A DNA stretch of 64,000 bases from Deltaproteobacteria bacterium (lineage in GTDB: Bacteria; Desulfobacterota; Dissulfuribacteria; Dissulfuribacterales; UBA3076), in the NCBI GenBank assembly GCA_018399745.1, contig JAGYNZ010000002.1:13543-77542 (forward strand), in the 5' to 3' direction. The notes beneath the pieces were generated by a model that searched no databases, was not told the origin of the DNA, and worked only from the letters and a program-made list of their open reading frames with translations. Positions within the stretch are counted from its first letter, which is position 1. Every line of letters starts with the position of its first letter. Positions 57,463 through 64,000 of this stretch are shown here, piece by piece. The position numbers and the translations under genes were made by a program.

Positions 57463-57507
57463 GGAAAAGGCAATTCCGGACCTTCGGACGCCTAAAAGGA
57501 ATTAATA

Positions 57508-58080
57508 ATGAAGTGTCAAAACTGTATACCCCGGCAGATGAGCCAATTAGGAACCATAGCTCAGACGACATGGTTTTGTATCCTTATTTTTATGCATTTC
57601 TCCTGCTCGATTGCGAGTGCCCAGATAGGAACCACAGAAACCGTGCCCACCCCTGTGGAAGACGAGGGTAAACTACCAATCCATATAGAGAGTGATCTGA
57701 TGGAGGCCCTGGATAAATCAGGTGTCGTGGTATTTACAGGACATGTAAAAACCACGAGAGGAAATCTTGTAATACACTCGGACAAACTTGAGGTCTTTTA
57801 TGAGAAGAGAGAGCATGAGACAGAGACGAAAAGGGCAGTTAAAAAAACAGTGGCCACAGGTCACGTGCGTATAACCCACGGTGAGCGTGTTGGTACCGGA
57901 GAACAGGCTGTATACGACAAATCTGCTGAAAAGATCACTATTACAGGTAAGGCCCGGGTTATGGAAGGTCCTAGCCGGGTAAGTGGCGAACGGATAATCT
58001 TTTTTATTAATGAAGATCGAAGTATAGTTGAAGGAAGCAGCGGAGCAAAGGTTGAGGCGGTTATCTATCCGGCGGAGTAA
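57508..58080 (+). CDS. lptA: LPS transport periplasmic protein LptA (OstA-like)
   Basis: Signal peptide ...SIASA. PIHIESD...VVFTGHV....G.L.I.SDKLEV pattern. Lies upstream of lptB. Confidence 0.8.
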   Translation: MKCQNCIPRQMSQLGTIAQTTWFCILIFMHFSCSIASAQIGTTETVPTPVEDEGKLPIHIESDLMEALDKSGVVVFTGHVKTTRGNLVIHSDKLEVFYEKREHETETKRAVKKTVATGHVRITHGERVGTGEQAVYDKSAEKITITGKARVMEGPSRVSGERIIFFINEDRSIVEGSSGAKVEAVIYPAE

Positions 58081-58124
58081 AAAAATATTAAAAGAAATCC
58101 CAAATTATTACCGTTAAAGAATAT

Positions 58125-58847
58125 ATGAGTGAACTGAAGGCAAAGAAACTGGTAAAACGTTTTGGTGACCGGACAGCGGTCAATGACATAAGCCTTGAGT
58201 TGACAGACCATAGTATAGTAGGATTGTTAGGCCCTAATGGTGCTGGCAAGACTACTATATTTTACATGATTGCCGGTCTTATTAGACCTGATGCAGGAAA
58301 GGTTTTGTTTGACGGCGAGGATGTAACCAATTTGCCTATGCACGAGAGGGCTCGTAAGGGTATAACCTATTTACCTCAGGAACCCTCAGTATTCAGAAAG
58401 CTGTCGGTAGCTGATAATATCCGCCTTGTAATGGAAACAAGGGGTCTTTCCCGCCAGGAAATAGAAAGTAAGACCCCTAAGCTCTTAGATGACATGGGAC
58501 TTTCCGTTCTCGCGGATCAACAAGCACAGTCGCTTTCAGGGGGAGAGCGAAGACGGGTTGAGGTTATGCGGGCCCTTGCTACAGATCCCTCGTTTATTCT
58601 TCTTGACGAACCTTTTGCAGGTGTTGACCCACTGGCTGTCTCCGACCTGCAGGAGATAATACAGGACCTGAAGGCCAAAGGAATAGGGGTTTTCATTTCA
58701 GATCACAACGTTCGCGAAACCTTGACTGTATGTGATCGGGCCTATATTGTTAATTTGGGAATTATTAATGAGGAAGGTACTCCCGAACACATCGTTTCAA
58801 GCGACATTGCACGAAAAATATATTTAGGAGAAAATTTTACATTATAG
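58125..58847 (+). CDS. lptB: LPS export ABC transporter ATP-binding protein LptB
   Basis: GPNGAGKTT, LSGGERRRVE, LLDEPFAGVDP, SDHNVRETL. Confidence 0.93.
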   Translation: MSELKAKKLVKRFGDRTAVNDISLELTDHSIVGLLGPNGAGKTTIFYMIAGLIRPDAGKVLFDGEDVTNLPMHERARKGITYLPQEPSVFRKLSVADNIRLVMETRGLSRQEIESKTPKLLDDMGLSVLADQQAQSLSGGERRRVEVMRALATDPSFILLDEPFAGVDPLAVSDLQEIIQDLKAKGIGVFISDHNVRETLTVCDRAYIVNLGIINEEGTPEHIVSSDIARKIYLGENFTL

Positions 58848-58887
58848 GCTATTTTACAGCTTATCTCATTTTAGTTGATATTTTAAG

Positions 58888-60390
58888 ATGATAGAACTTC
58901 GTCAACAACTTAAGCTGGCGCAGCAACTGGTGATGACGCCTCAGTTGCAGCAAGCTATAAAACTGCTTCAACTCTCACAAGTTGAATTAGTTGAAACGAT
59001 TGACCAGGAATTAGAAATTAATCCTGTCCTGGAGGAATCTGAATCAGAAGATATCTCATCCTTAAATAATACTAATAGAGACAACGCGTTTCAAGAAAAT
59101 GAACCTATCTTGCACGAGACTCAGATTCCCACCCTGGCTTCCTCTGAACTTGAGAAAATACCATGGGAAGAAAAGGCAATTCAGGACATAAACTGGAAGG
59201 ATTTCTGGGACGACGATAACAGATCCTCATTTCCTTCACATTCCTTTGAAAAAAAGGAAGCCCTAAATTATGAAAACTTATTTGCTCGCACTAAAGGCCT
59301 GGAAGAACATCTGCTATGGCAACTTCAGATGTCACATTTCAACGATATAGAGCGTAAAAGTGCCTGCCTTATTATCGGTAACCTTGACCGAAATGGTTAT
59401 CTCAAGACTACTATTGAAGAGATAGCTGAAGAAGTTGGATGTACTCAGGAAAAAGTAGAGGATGTACTAAAAAGGATCCAGATCTTCGACCCTGTTGGTG
59501 TAGCAGCAAGGGATCTCAAGGAATGCCTGTTGATCCAGATGGATCACTTGGGCATTAATGACCCACTGGTTTTAACCCTTGTCAGTGAGCATCTTAACCA
59601 TATCGAGCGACACAATTACCAGGCTATGGCTAAAGCTACCGGTCAGTCATTGGAGGAAATAGCACAGGCAATTGAGATAATAACCGGTCTGGAACCTTGT
59701 CCTGGCCGACCATTTAGCATCGAAGACATCCGATATATTGTTCCTGATATTTATGTGTATAAAGTAGATAATGAGTATGTAGTTGCCTTGAATGACGAAG
59801 ATATGCCAAGGTTGAGAATAAATTCTTTTTATCGCGATGCAATTAAAAACGGAATTGCTTCTTCCTCTGCCAAGGACTTCATACAGGACAAACTCAAGTC
59901 TGCGCTTTGGCTGATTCGCAGCATCCAACAGCGGCAAAAGACTATCTACAAAGTCACTAAAAGTATCGTAGCGTTCCAGAGGGAATTTTTGGACAAAGGA
60001 ATAGCCTATTTAAAGCCTCTAATACTCAAAACCGTGGCGGATGACATAGAAATGCACGAATCCACCATAAGCAGAGTAACCACAAATAAATATGTTCACA
60101 CACCGCAGGGTATTTTTGAACTCAAGTTCTTTTTCAGTGCGAGTCTCGGCAGGGATGACGGCTCTGATGTGGCATCCTATAGCGTAAAAGAACAAATTCG
60201 TCAGATAATACAGGCAGAGGCGCCAACTCGACCATACAGTGATAAACAGATTGTGGAAATGTTGGCAAAGGAACATATACGTATTGCAAGACGGACTGTA
60301 GCAAAATACAGAGATCTGCTGGGTATTCTGCCGTCCAGTCGCCGCAAGCGCCCAGCAATAAATTGTCATTTAAAAAAAATTAGCAATTAG
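58888..60390 (+). CDS. rpoN: RNA polymerase sigma-54 factor
   Basis: N-terminus LKLAQQLVMTPQLQQAIKLLQLS. C-terminal RpoN box ARRTVAKYR. Confidence 0.97.
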   Translation: MIELRQQLKLAQQLVMTPQLQQAIKLLQLSQVELVETIDQELEINPVLEESESEDISSLNNTNRDNAFQENEPILHETQIPTLASSELEKIPWEEKAIQDINWKDFWDDDNRSSFPSHSFEKKEALNYENLFARTKGLEEHLLWQLQMSHFNDIERKSACLIIGNLDRNGYLKTTIEEIAEEVGCTQEKVEDVLKRIQIFDPVGVAARDLKECLLIQMDHLGINDPLVLTLVSEHLNHIERHNYQAMAKATGQSLEEIAQAIEIITGLEPCPGRPFSIEDIRYIVPDIYVYKVDNEYVVALNDEDMPRLRINSFYRDAIKNGIASSSAKDFIQDKLKSALWLIRSIQQRQKTIYKVTKSIVAFQREFLDKGIAYLKPLILKTVADDIEMHESTISRVTTNKYVHTPQGIFELKFFFSASLGRDDGSDVASYSVKEQIRQIIQAEAPTRPYSDKQIVEMLAKEHIRIARRTVAKYRDLLGILPSSRRKRPAINCHLKKISN

Positions 60391-60415
60391 CTAATTCTCT
60401 ATTTGGAGGAATAAT

Positions 60416-60946
60416 ATGCAAATCAATGTGACATTTAGACGTTTAGAACCTTCAGATGCATTGCGCGAATATGCTGAAAACAGACTCCAAAAACTCAATA
60501 AATATGCTGATGGTCCCATTGATGCAAATGTCGTTTTATCAGTTGAGAAATTCAGACATACAGCAGAGGTTACGATTTCGGGAGATGGTGTAAGGGCGGC
60601 AGCCAAGGAAGAACAGAATGAAATGCGGGCCGCTATAGATCTGGTATCCGACAAAATTTATAAGCAATTAAGGCGATATAAGGAAAAAATTCGCAGTAAG
60701 AGAGGGGCCGGCTCTGTGTCAGAGCCGGATCTTTCAGACGTCTTGCCATCTCCTGAAACAGGAAGAGAGGGTTTGGGTATAATCACTACAAAAAAAATGG
60801 ATGCCAAACCCATGGCTGTTGAGGAAGCAGCTGCTCAGTTCCAGTCTCTTAATCAAAACTTCATGATGTTCACCAATGCTGAGACCAACGCAATAAACGT
60901 CCTTTACCGGCGTATGGACGGCGCCTTGGGTTTGGTCGAACCATAA
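60416..60946 (+). CDS. hpf: ribosome hibernation promoting factor (long HPF)
   Basis: MQINVTFRRLEPSDALREYAENRLQKL...EKFRHTAEVTI, plus a C-terminal dimerisation domain (KPMAVEEAA...MFTNAET...VLYRR.DG). Confidence 0.9.
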   Translation: MQINVTFRRLEPSDALREYAENRLQKLNKYADGPIDANVVLSVEKFRHTAEVTISGDGVRAAAKEEQNEMRAAIDLVSDKIYKQLRRYKEKIRSKRGAGSVSEPDLSDVLPSPETGREGLGIITTKKMDAKPMAVEEAAAQFQSLNQNFMMFTNAETNAINVLYRRMDGALGLVEP

Positions 60947-61407
60947 TGACTGTGAAGATACTTAATTTTCTTTGCAACAGATGTATTATCCCCGATCTTA
61001 ACACAAAATCCAAGGAAGAGGCACTGGTCAAACTGGCCAAAAGGGTGGCAGAAATAGAACCTGCCGTGAATCAGGATTCCGTATTATCTGTCCTCAAAGA
61101 GCGTGAACAATTGGGCAGTACGGGTATTGGGGGTGGAGTGGCGATTCCACATGGGAAGCTCCCCGAGATGAGCCGCATGCTCATAGTAATCGGTCGGAGT
61201 CCAGCAGGTATCCCTTTTGACGCAATGGATAATTGCCCGGTTCACATCATGTTTCTTTTGCTTGCGCCTAACAATCCCGCAAATTCTTATCTCAAAATAT
61301 TGGCAAAAGTTTCAAGGTTGTTAAAGATCCAGAAATTACAACAACGAATTATGGATGCGCCGGACGCACGTTCCATTCAAAAAGTAATTGAAGAATTAGA
61401 TGACTAG
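60946..61407 (+). CDS. ptsN: PTS IIA-like nitrogen regulatory protein PtsN
   Basis: EREQLGSTGIGGGVAIPHGKL (phospho-His region). Position within the rpoN operon. Confidence 0.88.
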   Translation: MTVKILNFLCNRCIIPDLNTKSKEEALVKLAKRVAEIEPAVNQDSVLSVLKEREQLGSTGIGGGVAIPHGKLPEMSRMLIVIGRSPAGIPFDAMDNCPVHIMFLLLAPNNPANSYLKILAKVSRLLKIQKLQQRIMDAPDARSIQKVIEELDD

Positions 61408-62386
61408 GGCTGAGACCCTCAGAGCCTCACACAAAGAACGGAAAGTGAATGAAAAATCTGTACAGATCCAGTCTCAAAAAGATGCGACGGCAGTAATTTC
61501 AGAATCAGATAATCCAGTCAGACTGGTTCAAGCAGTAATAATAACCGGCATGTCCGGATCTGGTAAGAGCACTGCGCTAAAAGCCTTTGAGGACATGGCC
61601 TACTACTGTGTGGACAACCTTCCGATAGCCCTGCTGCCCGAGTTTCTGTTCCTTAAAGAAAATGCCTCTAAAATGCCAACCCGTGTGGCCCTTGTGATGG
61701 ATGTGCGGGAAGAAAGCTTTCTCGATCAATATCAGTCCATCTTTAAACAAATTAAAGAAAAAGGTTTCTACCTGGAAATTCTGTTTCTCGATGCAAAGGA
61801 TGAAATTTTAGTACAGAGATTTAGCCAGACCCGCCGACGGCATCCCTTGAAGCCCAGGGGCAATGTGCTTGAAGGAATACATGCTGAAAGGGAACATCTG
61901 ATAGGGCTCAGGGAATGTGCCGACAAATTGTTTGACACCTCAGATTTCAATGTTCATCAGCTGAGGCTGGGTATTGTCAGGCTTTACTCCCCCAGAAAAC
62001 GTCTGGATCAACTCGTGATACATATACTGTCATTCGGCTTTAAGTATGGGGTTCCTGCCGATGCCAATCTGGTCCTGGACGTCAGATTCTTGCCGAATCC
62101 ATTCTTTGAGTCGGAGCTGCGTTCATTAAATGGATGTGCACATAAAGTCCGGAACTATGTCTTGGAAAAGGAAGACACGATTGAATTTCTCAAATACGCC
62201 GAAGACCTTTTGAAATTCCTTATCCCAAAATACAGAGATGAAGGTAAATCATATCTTGTGATTGCCGTGGGGTGTACAGGAGGACGACACAGAAGTGTTG
62301 CCATTGTAGAGCATCTAAAAGAAATATTTACAGGCGCCAATGAGGAGGTTATCGTCACACACAGAGACTTGAAACTGGAGGGATAA
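61400..62386 (+). CDS. rapZ: RNase adapter protein RapZ (P-loop NTPase)
   Basis: ITGMSGSGKSTALKAFEDMAYYCVDNLP, FLDA.DE.LV.RF..TRR.HPL, C-terminal GCTGGRHRSV. The ORF has an N-terminal extension of about 45 aa, so the true start is uncertain. Confidence 0.88.
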   Translation: MTRAETLRASHKERKVNEKSVQIQSQKDATAVISESDNPVRLVQAVIITGMSGSGKSTALKAFEDMAYYCVDNLPIALLPEFLFLKENASKMPTRVALVMDVREESFLDQYQSIFKQIKEKGFYLEILFLDAKDEILVQRFSQTRRRHPLKPRGNVLEGIHAEREHLIGLRECADKLFDTSDFNVHQLRLGIVRLYSPRKRLDQLVIHILSFGFKYGVPADANLVLDVRFLPNPFFESELRSLNGCAHKVRNYVLEKEDTIEFLKYAEDLLKFLIPKYRDEGKSYLVIAVGCTGGRHRSVAIVEHLKEIFTGANEEVIVTHRDLKLEG

Positions 62387-62391
62387 AATAC

Positions 62392-62793
62392 ATGGTAGGC
62401 GTTGTTGTGACATCCCATGGCCGTCTTGCTGATGAGCTGTTATTAACGACGGTTTTTATCGTGGGCAAGGCTGAACAGATGATTGCCCTTTCTATAGATC
62501 CGTCAAAGCCAATAGATAAATTGCAGTCTGAAATCCGCAAAGCCATTAAGGAAGTAGATACGGGTGATGGTGTGCTGATACTTACGGACATGTTCGGCGG
62601 GACTCCGGCCAACATGACCCTTGCTTTTTTGGAGGATAACAGGGTCGAGGTCATAACAGGGGTAAATCTTCCTATGTTGATCAAATTGTGCCAGTGCAGG
62701 ACTAAGAACCAGACCCTTCATGAATTGGCAGATGAAGTGGTAGATTACAGCAGAAAAAGTATTAATCAAGCGAATGCAATTCTGAAAAAGTAA
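62392..62793 (+). CDS. PTS EIIA component, mannose/fructose family
   Basis: MVGVVVTSHGRLADEL (active-site His region) and ILTDMFGGTP. Confidence 0.8.
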   Translation: MVGVVVTSHGRLADELLLTTVFIVGKAEQMIALSIDPSKPIDKLQSEIRKAIKEVDTGDGVLILTDMFGGTPANMTLAFLEDNRVEVITGVNLPMLIKLCQCRTKNQTLHELADEVVDYSRKSINQANAILKK

Positions 62794-63021
62794 TCGGTGG
62801 CCTTGATTATCATTTTGGCCATTATAACTGATGTTTAAATATCGAATAACAGAACAGGTAATTATTAATACAGAAATATAGAAAGGGATTGATTTAAAAT
62901 CTTGATGACTCGAAATACCTTGTCCGATTATTCTGTGATTTGACAACGTGTTGACAGGAACACATATCAGGACCCAACTAATATAATTAATCCTGAATAT
63001 TTGCTGCCAGGAGGTTCAGAC

Positions 63022-64000
63022 ATGACTATTAAGGTCGGCATAAACGGTTTCGGACGCATTGGAAGAAGCATTTTCAGGGCTTCTAAACTATATAAAGAAT
63101 TTGAAGCCATCGGAATTGAGGCCATAAATGACCTGACAAACACCCATACACTGGCTCACATGTTAAAATATGATTCTGTAATGAGGACATTCCCTCTCGA
63201 TGTAAAGCAGACAGATCAGGGAATAATTGTGGACGGCAAAAATATACGGATAACAGCCATCAGGGAACCCTCCCAGTTGCCTTGGCAGGAAATGGATGTG
63301 GAATATGTAATAGAAGCTACTGGACGATTCAGTGATGCAGACCTTGCACGAGGGCATCTGGAGGCCGGTGCGCAAAAGGTCGTAATAACGGCCCCTGCGA
63401 AGCATGAAGATGTCACGATTGTGATGGGGGTCAATGAAGACGACTACGATCCAGCCGGTCACCACATCGTATCTAACGCCTCCTGCACTACCAACTGTCT
63501 CGCCCCTGTAGCTAAAGTAATATTGGACAGATTTGGTATAGTTGCAGGGCTGATTAACACTGTACATGCCTATACAAACGATCAGAGACTGCTTGATTTT
63601 CCTCACTGTGACCTCAGACGGGCCAGGGCCGCTGCTCTTAATATGATTCCCACCAAGACAGGTGCCGCAGCAGCAGTAAGCAAAGTCATTCCTGAACTTA
63701 CAGGCAAATTTGACGGTTTGGCAGTACGTGTTCCTACTCCTAACGTTTCCATAGTAGATCTCGTAGCCCAGGTGGAGAAACATGCTACTGTATCTGAAAT
63801 AAACAAGGCCATCAAGTTGGCTACTAACCGCTTTCTTGGATACATAGATGAACCACTGGTCTCCACTGATTTCATAGGAGACCCCAGGTCCTCTATTGTG
63901 GATGGCGCATGCACCAAAGTTATTGGAGACAAGTTGATCAAGATCATGTCATGGTATGACAATGAATGGGGTTACTCAAACAGGATATTGGACCTGATAC
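63022..64000 (+). CDS. gap: type I glyceraldehyde-3-phosphate dehydrogenase (3' end outside the window)
   Basis: AGGAGG at 63009-63014. MTIKVGINGFGRIGR, the catalytic site SNASCTTNCLAP, and WYDNEWGYSNR. The frame stays open to the window end. It is not in the supplied ORF track because no stop codon is reached. Confidence 0.95.
   Translation, partial: MTIKVGINGFGRIGRSIFRASKLYKEFEAIGIEAINDLTNTHTLAHMLKYDSVMRTFPLDVKQTDQGIIVDGKNIRITAIREPSQLPWQEMDVEYVIEATGRFSDADLARGHLEAGAQKVVITAPAKHEDVTIVMGVNEDDYDPAGHHIVSNASCTTNCLAPVAKVILDRFGIVAGLINTVHAYTNDQRLLDFPHCDLRRARAAALNMIPTKTGAAAAVSKVIPELTGKFDGLAVRVPTPNVSIVDLVAQVEKHATVSEINKAIKLATNRFLGYIDEPLVSTDFIGDPRSSIVDGACTKVIGDKLIKIMSWYDNEWGYSNRILDLI

Noticed and set aside
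61400-61540. An N-terminal extension of about 45 aa on RapZ, overlapping the end of ptsN.
   Set aside because: This is probably a start-codon assignment issue, since a GTG at about 61445 or a later start is possible. Nothing in the sequence supports a distinct domain.
63163-63962. Two long minus-strand ORFs (206 and 119 codons) at the right end of the window.
   Set aside because: They are antisense to an unmistakable GAPDH reading frame (INGFGRIGR, SCTTNCLAP, WYDNEWGY) and are therefore spurious.
1-64000. I looked for tRNA/rRNA/tmRNA hallmarks (for example GGTTCGAATCC-type T-arms), CRISPR-like regularly spaced repeats, transposase or integrase ORFs, and terminal inverted repeats of IS elements.
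   Set aside because: None was found by eye. Absence should be confirmed with tRNAscan-SE, Infernal, a CRISPR finder and ISfinder searches.

Overview
This is a 64-kb chromosomal segment from a Gram-negative, probably anaerobic bacterium. The gene content suggests a Desulfobacterota-like (deltaproteobacterial) organism: LPS export genes, sigma-54, PEP-CTERM/PrsK, multihaem cytochromes, FmdE, and DivIVA+YggT. That assignment is inference only. All calls come from reading the ORF translations and the DNA by eye; no database search was run.

The right-hand part (about 36.9-64 kb) is conserved housekeeping. It holds yggT-divIVA; dusB; pgsA-miaA-mutL; a NifS-type cysteine desulfurase and a DegT aminotransferase; an AsmA/YhdP-like giant envelope protein; cobO; the block pyrG-kdsA-kdsC-lptC-lptA-lptB-rpoN-hpf-ptsN-rapZ-EIIA(Man); and the 5' part of gap.

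The left and middle parts are more accessory:
- a treY 3' fragment
- a compact polyamine cluster (SpeH-like pyruvoyl enzyme, agmatinase, deoxyhypusine-synthase-like)
- a GAF-ANTAR regulator
- a DUF3015/DUF4105/lipoprotein-hydrolase envelope cluster
- a dodecin/ChuW-like radical SAM/flavodoxin trio
- a ybhGFSR-type ABC efflux operon
- a PocR-PAS hybrid histidine kinase broken by a +1 G in a G7 run
- a cell-surface region (about 21-35 kb) with an FN3/PKD/DNRLRE protein, a rhomboid, two tandem 12-haem cytochromes c, a PEP-CTERM protein, a PrsK-like kinase without its usual partner, and a frameshifted BNR/Asp-box protein

Two good sigma-54 (-24/-12) promoters precede the PKD and PEP-CTERM genes.

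Features not explained by the gene calls:
- a 33-nt near-identical sequence present at two distant intergenic sites
- a perfect 17-bp inverted repeat bracketing 75 nt between two genes
- a monocistronic protein whose C-terminus looks like a diadenylate-cyclase (DisA_N) fold with substituted catalytic motifs

I found no rRNA, tRNA, CRISPR array or intact mobile element.
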